The notes under the pieces: model-generated
What the model saw: only the letters and a program-made list of their open reading frames with translations
The model's database searches: none
Told to the model about the DNA's origin: nothing
Assembly: GCA_026023565.1 (NCBI GenBank)
Contig: JAPETS010000001.1
Span: 1,240,001 to 1,304,000 of the forward strand
From: Cirrosporium novae-zelandiae
Taxonomy: Eukaryota
Reading direction: 5' to 3'
Length of the DNA stretch: 64,000 bases
Made by a program: the position numbers and the translations under genes
Part shown: piece by piece, positions 25,632 through 38,200 of the stretch
How the letters are laid out: each line of letters begins with the position of its first letter
How positions within the stretch are numbered: the stretch's first letter is position 1

Positions 25632-26930
25632 ATGGATGTTTTCTGGGCTGCTCCGCCAGTTTCAAGGTATGAAATAAATACTAATACGTCTTTCTCAACT
25701 ATCATGTCCCGTTTTATGGAACAGAGGAATAACTTTCTGATGCTGATGGAATAGAACTCTCACAGCTGCCACCTTACTCACTTCTTGTCTTGCACATTCG
25801 GGGATCCTTGATATTCGATTCTTAATATTCTACTCACCATGGATCTTCCAAATCCCACCTCAGCTCTGGCGGCTATTCACCCCATTTTTAGTGACAGGCG
25901 GAGGACTAGGGATACTCTTTGATACGTACTTCCGTATGCCACACCTTTCTGCAAGCCCAATTCGATGTCACTGGTTAATTTTTAGTGTATACATATGGGA
26001 GTGAGCTTGAGAAAAACTCGTCATCAAGGTTCCCTCAACCTGGAGACTTTTTCACCTATATATGTTTTGTCGCCTTGACGATCTTGGTATGCTTTCTTCC
26101 CCGAAACAAAATCTTCACCCTCTTCCTATTACCTTCATACATCATCAAAATCTTGAACCTCGAATATCCTCCCGCCCAGTCGTTTTCTAGCTGCACCGGT
26201 TCCTAGGACATAGGAAGATCACCCTTGCACCTCGCAAAGTCCATCATTTGCAACCAATTCATAGAGTTAAGTGCGGTGCAAGCTCAGTAAGAATGCCATC
26301 TGAGAAAGCCCGCGTGATCATCATAAATTTACGTACGGCGGTTCTGGCTCCCTATATCCTACTATTTATTTATTAATATATGTCAATACGTGATATCAGT
26401 TAATTGCTGACCTATTTAAAGTTTAGCGCCGGATTCCTACTTGGGGGCTTCATATTTATGTCAGGTAGGCTTTCTTCATCCAGAAGCTGAAATATCCAAC
26501 TAATTAAACAGCCCTTACTTTGGCTCTTGCATACACATATTCGCAAGACAATCGAGGAAGAAAGGTTACATTCTTTATCGTCCAAATTCCTGTCCAATTT
26601 CTCCCGTATGCCATGCTCCTGATGACCTTGGTCATGGCAGGGCCACAAGTTGCAATCCAGCAAGCTACAGGTCTTGTCGCAGGACATCTCTATGATTTCC
26701 TTACCCGTTTATGGCCCACCTTTGGTGGCGGGAGGAACTATATCCAAACTCCCAGAATAGTAAAGCGGTTATTTGGTGCAGATCGACCAGCGTATACGGC
26801 CAGAGGATTTGGGACGGCATACCGTCCTGGGACTCAGCAGCCAAGTCGCGGGACTACCACTGGCTTTAGCCGTGGAATATCAAGTGTGTGGAATAGTCGA
26901 GGACCTGGTAGACGTTTGGGTGGGGACTAG
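25632..26930 (+). CDS. Derlin (Der1/Dfm1 family ERAD membrane protein); exons 25632-25666, 25755-25933, 25986-26086, 26422-26464, 26512-26930
   Basis: MDVFWAAPPVSRTL, PQLWRLFT (WR motif), GLVAGHLYDFL (GxxxG) and a C-terminal SHP-like RGPGRRLG. Confidence 0.9.
26165..26360 (+). ncRNA. Candidate intron-encoded structured RNA (H/ACA snoRNA-like) in derlin intron 3
   Basis: Unusually long intron (335 nt). Stems CTTGCACC/GGTGCAAG, GCAAA/TTTGC, CTCAG/CTGAG and AGCC/GGCT; ANANNA hinge AGATCA at 26216-26221. No target identified. Confidence 0.35.
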
Positions 26931-27594
26931 ACTGGGGCCAGCACTTTTGGCGTCTAGACCTTTATTACTTTCAAATGCTTGTTTTATCACTGCAAACAGA
27001 GCCGAACATGGATGTGTTCCTTACATGAGATTGCGCTTATAACCTACATTTCTTTAATACTAGATTCCAGCCCATCCTTACCTCATCCCCCGCCCTCTTT
27101 CTAATCACCCTCTTGGTCTAGCGTTTAGCCTCTTATACTTTCAAGTACCTAGGACATGGACAGGTGTTTAAAACAACAGAATCCACCCATTCACATTGCG
27201 GAAGTCGTCAGGTAAGGTAGAGTTTAATATCAAGATAAACTTTTGGTTGGAGTTGACTTGTGCATGTGAGATATTAAGGTCTCCAGGAAAAACGAACGCA
27301 GGTGTGCTTGTCTGGAGGGGCTACGTACTAATGTGTTGAAACTGTACCTATAAATCCCTACTGAAACAATTTTCATGGGGCCCGGAATACGACCAACAAC
27401 ACCTTCCTTGGACCTGACCATTAGCTAGATAATCAATGAGCAGGAAGGAACTCTTGTCTGCTGAATGGCCTTCCCCGGCTCGTGGGTTGCATCCCAACAA
27501 CCCTATATATTCACAGCAATACCACCAATGGTCTTGAAGCTTCATTTGATTATCTTTGACTCTGGACATCTTTAGAAGTCTTCAAACGAAAAAA

Positions 27595-28276
27595 ATGGCA
27601 TCATTAGAATCAGAATCTTTATCACCGTTGCCACCACCGTTGCCACCACTGTTGGAAGAGGATAGACCTGGAACCGCACCCATAGACCTATCGAGCATGT
27701 ATATCGCCATAAGCTACTCTAGAAACATGGATACGAAATGGGTAAGTTATACACTTGTTAACAGCCTCCCTAATTTCTATTATATGCAATAATCTAACCC
27801 AGACTTAGGAGTTCGGTATATACATGCCTAGGGGCAAAGGATGGGGCTGTTACTGGTCTATTAGAACACATGATGCACGAGACGGACAAGGACCAGAATG
27901 GAGAAAAACGAGCACGTTTACTGAGGGCTCTCAATTGTTAAAAGGTTGCCATATCGTTTCGTTATTTCGAATCCATCATGCTGGCAAACCTGGGCATGAT
28001 AAAAACCATACCATTGCGGTTATTAGCCACAAGGGCCTTGGGACGGAGGGCTCTGGGAGGTTGGTCCAAAGCAGCTATTCCTCGGAAATTTACGTCCTTT
28101 CTCTTCTTATAGATATCTGCAGCAAGTGCAATTTTGAGTTTCGATACGGCCCTCGAACTCTAATTGAGCTCGCTATAGAGTCCACAGAAGATGATACCGA
28201 CAGGAGGAAGCGGGAGTGGGATAGGCATCGTTTACCAGAGATTTTGGTCGATAACAGAAATCTTTTTTGGCCATAA
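27595..28276 (+). CDS. Hypothetical protein (orphan-like); exons 27595-27741, 27809-28276
   Basis: A GTAAGT...CTAAC...TAG intron joins two ORFs in frame (..MDTKW|EFGIYMPRGKG..). No recognisable domain. Confidence 0.55.
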
Positions 28277-28825
28277 GCCCATTTTGCTTGAAGGGTCTCT
28301 CTAGTTATTCATATGCATTGATAACTAAGCAAATAAGTCTTGTCGCTTTTGAAGTCCAACCCCACATACGATCACCCATGCAGTGTTTGTACCTCCTGTC
28401 TCCTGTAGCTACTAGGGCAATTACGCATTCGTGGCTTTGATTAAAACTAGCTGCTAATAGAGATTCGATTCGGGAGAAGGCGTTTTAGATGTTGGTTCTT
28501 AGTGGTCTCGTAATATAAGGTGTTTCTATAAATTATATTGATGGTAGTCGTTCAAGGACGGATGTCGGAGAAAATAAAGTCCAGGAAGGAAACATAGCCT
28601 ATCACGTGTCTAATTAAGTGCCTATCACGCCTATCTAAAACGGGTTAGATCGTTTTCGGTTGAGCCACATCTTGAAGCTTCACAAAATTTCTAGCTACCA
28701 TTTAGATTTCAGAGAGACTGCTGCATTGCAAGTACACAATCCCGTACTAACACGTTCACCAATCCTCAATTTCTTGCATTTAGTTCTTCCAACTGACTCC
28801 CCGGTATTGCTGAGTCTCTGTCACA

Positions 28826-31168
28826 ATGGCCATGGAAGGGGTACAGCAGGAAATCGAGTACAGCATCAAGCCTCAAGCAGTCACACCTGCCCTTGATACT
28901 TCACAATGGCCTCTGCTATTGAAAAATTATGACAAGCGTATGTACCCATTTAAGAATGACTAGAAAACTCTTGCTAATTAAGTCTATAGTCCTCGTTCGA
29001 ACAGTAATGCAATGCCCCTACCTTAATTAATTGTCGCATGCTAACATTTTTCCACAGGGTCACTTTACGCCGGTATGCGACTGCAACTATTTTTTCTACC
29101 ACCTGAAACGCTTTTTTGCAGCGGCCAACACACCAATTGATCAATTACTAAACTATAATATTCATTGCTAGATTCCAAGTGGTTGCACTCCCCTCAAGCG
29201 AGATTTGAAAGTGAGATACCTTGTGCTAGAAAAAACAAGTCAGTCGCTGATCAGTCAAAGTCCTATATCTCTAGCGGTGTTATAAATTTAGATAAACCCT
29301 CTAGTATGCTCCCCCACCTAAATTATGAGGATAACTTAACTAACTTTTTCCCAAGACCCTTCTAGGTATGTTCTAAAATACGATCTACATATATAATTTT
29401 ATTCAAGTCGTTGCTCACTATAACCTAGTCATGAAGTTGTTGCATGGCTCAAACGGATGCTACGGTATGTAATAAAAGAAAGACACAGCGGTCCAAATAA
29501 CTAACTTTAGACAGAGTAGAGAAAACCGGTGTGTTCTGACTACATATTCTTAAGCTTCATCGTTACTTACAACATTCAAGGCCACTCAGGTACTTTGGAT
29601 CCCAAGTATGTAAAACTTTTTCCATCTCTATTTTCTGTGTCTATTGCTAACAGATATTAGGGTTACTGGGTGAGAAAGGAAATCTAAACTCTGTTTTCCA
29701 TCCGGGCTTATGTTGACAATAAATTTAGCTGCCTTATCGTCTGTATTGATCGAGCAACTCGCCTGGTTAAATCTCAGCAAGGTTTGTGTTTTTCTTGCAG
29801 CGCCCATTATCTTGAAACTATTGGTCGTTTGCTAACTAACAATGTAGGGGCTGGGAAGGAATATGTATGATCCCATCCTAGATTCGGAATGGCTCTTATT
29901 TTGAACCAGGAGCGTAGATAGAATACTAACAAAAAAATTAGGTCTGTGTTGTGCGCTTCCATGACACTATTAAAGGCGGTTTGTTTCCCTTTCCTTGGAT
30001 TTATTTGCATCTGCAGGTCTAATTTATTTTCCCTTGGCTATAGGTGAAGCGGCTTTTGCTAGAGCATTGGAGACTCTCACAGGTGCTCTGTTCCAAAGGC
30101 CTCCCCTCATTTCTGCTGTAAAAAGACAACTTCGTATCCGGACAATTCACGAGAGCATTCTCTATGAGTTTGATAATGATAGGCATCTAGCTGTGTTCTG
30201 GGTGAGCTGCGAAGCAGGTACCTACATCAGAACATTATGTGTACATCTCGGACTTCTACTTGGTGTTGGAGCGCATATGCAGGAACTCCGTCGTGTTCGA
30301 AGTGGTGCCATGGATGAACAAGATGGCATGGTCACCCTTCACGATGTTTTAGATGCCCAATGGATGTATGACAATAACCGTGACGAGTCATATTTGCGCA
30401 GGGTTATTAGGCCATTGGAAAGCCTTCTCACCACATACAAGAGGATAGTCGTCAAAGACAGTGCTGTGAATGCAGTATGCTATGGAGCCAAGCTTATGAT
30501 CCCTGGACTGCTTCGATATGAAAACGGGATTGAAGTGTACGAGGAGGTTGTACTTATCACTACCAAGGGTGAGGCCATCGCGCTTGGGATCTCCCAAATG
30601 AGCTCAGTGGAACTGTCGACCTGTGATCACGGTGTCGTTGCTAAGTTCGTCACTTATCCCTTAAGGTTGTTTGAATTCGGCTAATTACTATAGGGTAAAA
30701 CGGTGTATCATGGAACGGGATCTATATCCACGAAGATGGGGTCTTGGCCCAGTTGCTGCTGAAAAAAAGAAAATGAAGTCCGATGGCAAGTTGGATGTAT
30801 GTATAAATAAGGAGCTGTAGTATTTAATGGACCTTGCTTACCACATTTGACAGAAATTTGGCCGCCCTAACGAAGTTACCCCCGCAAAATGGAAGCAGGA
30901 GTATAAGGACTACAGCGCTCCTGTCGAGACCAATGATCTACAGCACATCGCTGAAACCACTACTACAAAAGACGTCCTAAGTGCTCCTCCCATTGCGCCT
31001 ACTAGTGAGGTAGTTTCTCTAGTGGAGAGTGATAGCGAGAAGAAAAAGAAGAGAAAGCATGATGGTGAGACGGCAGAAGAAAAGGCAGAACGGAAACGAA
31101 AGAAGAAGGAAAAGAAGGAGAAAAAAGCAGCAAAAGCAGCTAAGGTAGAAGCAAGTGAGAGTGATTAA
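28826..31168 (+). CDS. CBF5: H/ACA RNP pseudouridine synthase Cbf5/dyskerin, 16 exons
   Basis: Manual splicing rebuilds [49 protein letters not shown] (catalytic Asp), [11 protein letters not shown], a PUA domain and a KKE-rich tail. Confidence 0.95.
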
Positions 31169-31718
31169 TTGATCCGGTGGCGTTTCATTGTTTTATCTGG
31201 TTATTCTTCTATCTGGCTACACCCTCCTATACTTGTTTAGAACGACCTAGCTTGGCTATTCGGCCTCTTTGCCTATCAGCTCACTGGATAGAGGGTGCGG
31301 TGTATGATACGTTTGGTCTAAGGGCAGACCTCGGGAGTTCGGTGTGATATGATGACTTGTTGCATATCGAGGAGCTCGGAAAGGAATGGTACATCCTAAA
31401 TCAAAAGCTTTTCTAGCAAATAAGAGAACAAAGTCCAAATTATACAACAGTCGTACTATTTTAATTATTATTATTATTATATGGAACCAATTATTCGTCG
31501 TTTTATTGCATTACTGTACTGATCACTTTCACTTTCATATTGGAAGTTGGCTTTAGCTCCCTTCCAACCTCATCATCTACAGTCGGTCCACGTTGAGAAA
31601 CCCCGCCATTGACCACTTCCCAACATCAAGCTACAACACCATATAATCGCACCCGTACATTACACACACCCATTTTCAAGAGTTACAGCAAAGGTATTCT
31701 TTTCAGTCTACTTTCATC

Positions 31719-33145
31719 ATGAGCGAATTGGCTTCACTGAAGCTAAACCCGGATAATCACATCCTCCTGGTAAGTCCACTCTTCCATTCATTGTCATTAG
31801 AACTTCCTCGTTCATTAACTGTTATATGCAGGACCAACCTCTTCTCCGTCTCCCTTATGAACTTCTTCGTAAGAACTTCAAATCAGCCCAACGCCATGTC
31901 CAGCGTGAACAAGAACACCTGCTCCCCGCTCTCAAAGCCACTGCAAATGCGTCCCTGGTTGGGCAAACCCCACAACAAACCCTCGCCGACCTTGATAGCA
32001 TGATTGGCAGGATGCAAGGCCTTAAACGAAAGATGTCTAATCTTCATGAAGAAGAGTGCTCCCTTCATAGTCACTCCCGAAAGCGTATCCAGCACCTCCA
32101 ACATCTCTACGAAATACCGAGTCTGGCGGATGTTAAATATGATGAGTGGAGCAAAGTCAGGCTGGATCGGTTACTAGTGGATTATATGTTAAGGAATGGA
32201 TATGAAAAGAGTGCCGGGCAGCTGGCGAAGGAGAAGGGAATTGATGAACTGGTAGATTTGGAAGTCTTTGTACAGTGCCATCGGATAGCGGAAGAGCTGA
32301 AGAGGGGGAAGACGCATGAGTGCTTGCAGTGGTGCTGGGAGAACAAACCTGCGTTAAAGAAGGGAAATGTGCGTATTTATTTTTTTATTGTCATAACCTA
32401 TTATAATATCATTGGGAATATGAATAGGGCTAACAGTGAGTCTGCAGCACACCCTTGAGTTCCAGCTACGCCTACAACAATTCATAGAGTTGATACGAAC
32501 GAGGGAACCTTCGAGGTTAGCAGATGCGGTATTGTTTTCACGCAAGTTCCTTGCCCCACACAAAGACCAAGCAGCCGAGGTGAGAAAAGCTGGCGGGCTA
32601 TTGGCATTTGAACCTGATACTCAGGTTGAACCCTATAAGGTACACCTATATGCCCATTTATCCACCTTGGCACCCCCAAGGACCCTAAATTTCATACTAA
32701 CCACAACTCAAAACAGTCCCTCTACTCCCCCACTCGCTGGCACCACCTCTCTACCCTCTTCGTGGAAACCTATCAAACGCTCCTTGCCCTCCCCCCAGTT
32801 CCACTCCTAACAATCGCTCTATCCGCCGGTCTCTCGGCCCTCAAAACACCTTCCTGCCACTCCCCTTTCACCTCCTCGTCCTCAAACCCCCACAGCACCA
32901 CCACTTCTGTATGCCCAATTTGCTCCGTCGAGCTAAACGAGCTGGCTCGCGGATTGCCATACGCGCATCACACGAAAAGTAGCGTGGAGAACGATCCCGT
33001 GGTATTGCCAAATGGGCGTATTTATGGACGTGAGAGGCTGGAGATGGTTAGGAGGAAGGCTGGGGTTGGGAAAGGGTGTGTTAAGGACCCTACGACTGGC
33101 GAGGTGTTTGAGGAGGATAGGATTAGGAAGGTATTTATTTCATGA
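31719..33145 (+). CDS. FYV10: GID/CTLH E3 ligase subunit Fyv10/Gid9/MAEA; exons 31719-31769, 31832-32368, 32448-32639, 32717-33145
   Basis: LDQPLLRLPYELLRKNFK, LisH RLDRLLVDYMLRNGY, CTLH LEFQLRLQQFIELIR, AGLSALKTPSC and a degenerate RING CPICS..LPYAHH..LPNGRIYG. Confidence 0.93.
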
Positions 33146-33955
33146 TTCTGAGACTGGGTGAGTAAAGCCTGATATTATGGTGATGAGAGAGGAATGGATT
33201 GGAAATAGTTTCACGATAACGACACTGGAACAACCTGTTTAACATGCTCATGAGGTGTTATCCTTAGTGTCAAATATGTCGAGATGGTCTCAACTCGCTG
33301 AGAGAAAAAGAAAAAAATCCCCCCAGCGCCGATCAACCCGCTAGTAAAGGGGTCTTTTTGCATTTTCTTGGGCCAGTCCTCTCTTTATAGAGCTTTAGGT
33401 CGCATTGCTAGCATACGAATATATACCTTGGTGAGTAAGAAATACATACACAATGTATGGACTTGGAATTCAGGACAAGTATACATTACATATAGTCAAT
33501 AAAAATATCATTCTATTTCAATCCATTCATTAAAAGAAGTAATTACCGCCCACATGTTCCCATATAAAAAGTATTATCCTAGTGACACAATTTGTTACAT
33601 TTAATTTACTTTGGCCGCCCGGATTGGAATTTAAGAGATATCGGCCTCTTCCTGATTTTTTTTCAAATAACTTATATATTTTATTTCTCACGCCGACCAG
33701 ACTCGTAATGGAAATAAAACAAAACCACGTAGCATCACATCCATCCATCCATCCACCCATCCATCAGCTTCTAAGAATCAGAACCAGTCCAACAACTCAA
33801 TTTAGTGTCCCTACTCCCTCTCTCCTTGGTCCATCTGCTATAGATATCGGGTTTCGTTTCGTTTCCGTACCCCTCGATGAGCCTCCATAGCGATTTCCCC
33901 ATGCCCCATTCCCCCTCTCCCCTCCCACAATCTATCTATCAATTTATTCATTCAC

Positions 33956-35500
33956 TCACTCGTCCCCGTCCTCCTCATCCTCCTCATCCTTCACCTTCTC
34001 CTTCCTCCTCCAATTAACCCCCCTCCTCCCAAAAGCCCAAGACCTAGCCGCCCTCTCCTCCCCCCTACCCTCCCATCCACCATCACCCCCCTCCCTCAAC
34101 CTACCCATCGTCCTCACATGCTCATACCCCTGCTCCCTCCACCACCTCCACGGCCAAACCCAACTGGTACACGGAACCAATCCTACATACCTGGCCAGAT
34201 CCTTCACGTTCCAGAGCGTGTAAGGCGAGGTGGTGAAGGTTGTCAGGACGAAGATTCCTGCGTCCGGGCGGGGTGGGAGATTCGTTCTTGTTGATGATTG
34301 GTGATCTGGGGTTTTGGGGTTGCGGGTATGGGTGCAGGTGGGGGTGGTGGAGTTGGGGTTTGTGGGGTTTGTGTAGGGGGAGGCGGAGGCGGATGATTTT
34401 GAGGGGGGGGGGATGAGGGAGAGGAGGGGGAGGGAGGAGCGCAGCGTTCGTGCTATTAGGTCTTGGTTGTGGCGGACCTGGCGGTTTATATCGGTTGTGA
34501 GGCCGCCCACGTGCGGGAAGTTGAAACAGATTATATCCCACGGTCCGCTTTCTTCTTCTTCCTCTTCTGCTTTTTTGCTTTTTTGTTTGGCTCCTTTGAC
34601 ATGGTCCTTTGGGTTTGGGATTTCATCCTCTTCCCGTTTTCTTTTCTTGCCCTGGGCATGGCCCTCCTCATTATTATTATCTTCTTCCTCCTCTTCTTCT
34701 TCTTCTTCTTCTTCTTCCTCCTCCTCCTCCTCTGGTGAGGAAGGGGAGAGACTAAACCCCCTCCGTACATCTCGATACTTTTCCAACTTTGTGCCATCAA
34801 CTCCGAAAAGCACCCCCACCCCGGTCCTCCGTAACGACGCCACATTATCCCTCGCAGAAGGGTATTTCTCGTATACCTGGGCTTCAGTGTCGTATGCCGT
34901 GGCGAGTACTCGCAGCGAAGAAGAGGATTGAGATGAACGGTTATGATCCGCAGAGTCTATTACTGTTTCCCATTCTTCCGATTCCGGTTCTGATTGGAAA
35001 TACTCGTTCTCTTCGATAGATACGATGGACGAGACTTCATCGTCACTATTATCTTCTCCTTCTTCTTCTTCTATCCCCATATCGTCAAAATCAACATCAT
35101 TTACATCCTCCCACCTATCCTTCAACCTCTCCCGCTGCTCGCGCTCCAACTTCTCCAATCCCTCCAAAAGCAGCACCCCCGTCAATGCCTTCGCAAACGA
35201 GAAATCACCCTCCCCAAGCAACAAAATTCGATCTCCATATCTAAAAGGAACCGTAGGTTTCCCTACCCTTGCATTCCCATGTCCAGCATTATCATTTCCA
35301 TTGCCGCCATTTCTATTATTTTCCTGCACCTGCGGCTTTCTCCGTGCCTGCTGTTTCTGTTTCTGTTTTGTCCGTAAATGGAGGATTTGGGTTTGTTTAT
35401 TATCACAATGCCTCCTCGCTTTAGATTGGTATTTCAGATGTTGTCTTTTGTTTAGGTCGGAGCGGTTTTTTTTCCTTTTGCTGATGGAGTGATTTGCCAT
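33956..35500 (-). CDS. BMT5: 25S rRNA uridine-N3 methyltransferase Bmt5-like (DUF2431) with acidic insertions
   Basis: RILLLGEGDFSFA, ATAYD, GVDGTKL, FNFPHVGG, RQVRHNQDLI, PYTLWNVKDLA and GYEHVRT. First ATG is at 35500. Confidence 0.88.
   Translation of the reverse strand: MANHSISKRKKNRSDLNKRQHLKYQSKARRHCDNKQTQILHLRTKQKQKQQARRKPQVQENNRNGGNGNDNAGHGNARVGKPTVPFRYGDRILLLGEGDFSFAKALTGVLLLEGLEKLEREQRERLKDRWEDVNDVDFDDMGIEEEEGEDNSDDEVSSIVSIEENEYFQSEPESEEWETVIDSADHNRSSQSSSSLRVLATAYDTEAQVYEKYPSARDNVASLRRTGVGVLFGVDGTKLEKYRDVRRGFSLSPSSPEEEEEEEEEEEEEEEEEDNNNEEGHAQGKKRKREEDEIPNPKDHVKGAKQKSKKAEEEEEESGPWDIICFNFPHVGGLTTDINRQVRHNQDLIARTLRSSLPLLSLIPPPSKSSASASPYTNPTNPNSTTPTCTHTRNPKTPDHQSSTRTNLPPRPDAGIFVLTTFTTSPYTLWNVKDLARYVGLVPCTSWVWPWRWWREQGYEHVRTMGRLREGGDGGWEGRGEERAARSWAFGRRGVNWRRKEKVKDEEDEEDGDE
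34681..34733. repeat. (GAA/GAG)n trinucleotide repeat encoding poly-Glu inside BMT5
   Basis: ttcttc/tcctcc run on the + strand, about 17 Glu codons. Confidence 0.9.
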
Positions 35501-36336
35501 TTTCAGTCCCTCTTTTTTGTTCTTGCTCTGTGTGTGCGCGTGAGGTTGAGGATGTTGAGGATGTTGCAATAGGTAGATGCAATCAATGGATGCAGTAGAT
35601 GTGTGTAAGTAAGTAGACTATCTATTAAGCATGTAGATAAGTCGATGTTTTGGTTTTCCTCATTGGAAGTTCAGATGTCAAATGAAGTTCGAAATAGCCG
35701 ATAACCGAAATAAGCAAAACTGAAATTGAAAAGTATTCATGTCCGATACAAGTATTCGAACATGGTATTATTACTGTGCAACCCTCCGTAGAGTCTAACT
35801 TCTTTAAATTGAATAATAATCTATCGGCTTGTCCTTCCATTATATTACTATCTTGCATATGCTGACGTACATAAAAACTACAACCATTTTAAAAGAAAAG
35901 AAGGGGAAGGGAAGAGGAAAAGAACATGCCCCTGAAAGCCCTGCTCTTCAGGCACCTCCAAAAAAAAACATCTAAGACATATAAAATGGGCACACACTCC
36001 CGACGTCAGCCATCGCGTTCCAGAGCTCCATCTCAGCCGATCGATGGGTAAGTCTCTGCTTGTTTCTCCCATTCCAAAAGCTAGGTAATATAGCCAAGCC
36101 AAGGCCGGGTCGATTCAATAAGTAATCGTTCTCTATTCGGCACATATTTCCGCTTTTCCTATCACATAACGCCATGTTCCCTGTTCATGAGGATGAAGAT
36201 AATGCAACCGAGGTTTCCAAACTCAGGCTCGAAGTAGAATATCATGCTCGTTTCCTCGCTTCATCTCGTTCGGATACACGGCTTAATTTGACCCCATCAT
36301 CTAACCCAAACAATCCTACCCATTCCGAATCATTAT

Positions 36337-37651
36337 TTATGACTTGAAGCCATCTCTAACGCTCTGCGAACTCGCACTCATAGGTTGCGTTGTAGGTAGA
36401 ATTCCTGCCTTCTGTTTCATGTTTTGTTTAACCTTCGCAAATGTATACACCAGTCCACTGGCAAATCCAACACCAATAGCGCTCACACTGGGAACCGTTA
36501 CGGGGGCGTCGAAGAAAATAAGACCACTAAGGGCAATAGGGAGTTTGTTGAGGGCACCGACCATGGAGTAGGTTGTGGAAGAGGTAACACGAACACACCA
36601 GGCAGAGGAGTACGAGATAAAGACCGAGGAAAGACCAGAGAAGACCATAGCAAAGACGATTTTGTTCCGGGACTCTGTAGGGAAGTTTTTGGCTACATTT
36701 GCGGCAGACCAGTCTTCGACACAGATGGAGGAAATGACGAGAATCGGGATTGAGAGAAGGTTGTTGTAATACATAGCTAGAGGCTCTATCAGCTTAGGTC
36801 CATAAAAAAAAAGTTATTGGCGAACATACTGTCAAAGTCACTGAAGTTGGTGACCTTTATCCGCTTCCTCATCCTCAAAACATAGGTGGCAGAGCAAATG
36901 CAGTTAATAAGCATCCAGATATAGCCCGCATTGAGGGTCGAGATCTTAGCAGCAGCTTCAGAGCTTTCAGTGCCATAACTCTCTAATGCATATTTGACAT
37001 CGGCCCAGGCAGCAATTACGGAGCTCAGGACCATAAGACCGAAGGAAAAGAGTGCCATTGGTGTAACAGTGGCATTAAACCACAGAACTTCTCCGTAGGC
37101 AATAATAATAATGGTGATATTTTTGAAAATGGTATACACGGGAATCGAAAGGAACTGAAGGGCTTTAGAGCCAGTATAAATCATACCAATGAGGAGGAGG
37201 GAGATGGGGAACCCTAAGGTCTAAGATCAGTAATGTTTCACTGGCTGTTGGGAGTTCAGAATAAATACATTTCTTTGCCTCATCCGAATTAAAATTCCGG
37301 TAGGTGATCAGGCCTGATTTTTTGCAGGTCTCAATGAAAGCTACGCAAACAACAGACTATGTGTATGACCTCTTGTCAGCTAAACCATTCACTATCGGTA
37401 ACAGTGGAAACATTCATTACCTGGACACATAAAAGAAAGAAATTGAGATTAAAGTCCAAGCCCGACAGAACATATTTATTGGTGACGGTCATCAGGATGG
37501 ATGAGCCACAGTATGCGAGGATAGGCAGGATAGGTCTATTTGCAACTGCAGGCATGCTCTGATGTTTGTGATGCGAACGCGGCGATGGGGAACGATGACC
37601 CTTGCTCTCGCCCATTTCAATGGCAATATCATCTCTTCTTTTCTCGTCCAT
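36337..37651 (-). CDS. VRG4: Golgi GDP-mannose transporter; exons 37651-37421, 37356-37269, 37213-36830, 36776-36337
   Basis: [46 protein letters not shown] and the [14 protein letters not shown] (GALNK) motif. Confidence 0.95.
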
Positions 37652-38041
37652 GGTGAGTGAGTAGTTGGTGGTTGTTTGTGTAGATGGTATGCGCAAAAGT
37701 CAGAAAAGGGATAGGACGAAGGGACCTCCTTTGGGGGGGGGGGTGGAGGACTGTGAAGCTGCAAGGTGCAGTTTCTCTAAATTAATTCTATTGTCTTGAA
37801 ATCGTAGTGAATAGTATAATAGAAACAAAAAAAAAAGACAGACAAAAGAAGGTCTTTTGTTTGGTGGAGGGGATTGTTTGAATTGAAGAAAGTCAAACTG
37901 GGTGAAACTGGAGATGATAGATAGAAAAGACAAAGATGTTGAATTGGAGAGATTATTTTTCCTCTGGATTGTTTTTTTGGAGATTGGGGCGAAGGCTTGG
38001 CTTTGATGGGCAAGGCGAAAGGTGGCCCAGTGTTTCGGAGG

Positions 38042-38200
38042 GCCTACCAATGCCTACCAATGCCTACCAGTGCCTACCACCAGTGCCCACCAGTGCCCAC
38101 CAATGCCTACCTGGGAGCTACGGAACTAAAACGTTGGACGGCAGTCACGCCTTAGCTACAGGGATACCAGGATACTGTACCAGAATACCAGGATACCAAG
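38042..38200. repeat. Short tandem repeats (GCCTACCARTG/CCCACCAGTG; GATACCAG) in the VRG4/PLP divergent promoter
   Basis: Directly visible degenerate 8-10 bp units. Confidence 0.75.

Noticed and set aside
26296..26306. CTGAGA in the derlin intron as a TPP riboswitch
   Set aside because: The other TPP core elements (e.g. TGATC...TAATAC/GCG) are absent and the gene is unrelated to thiamine.
28364..28440. ACATACGA start resembling fungal 5S rRNA
   Set aside because: Similarity ends after about 8 nt; no internal control boxes or 5S fold.
34122..35492. Multiple overlapping and antisense ORFs over BMT5 (similar cases over SMI1, CPR and ASE1)
   Set aside because: Shadow frames of low-complexity coding sequence with no independent motifs.
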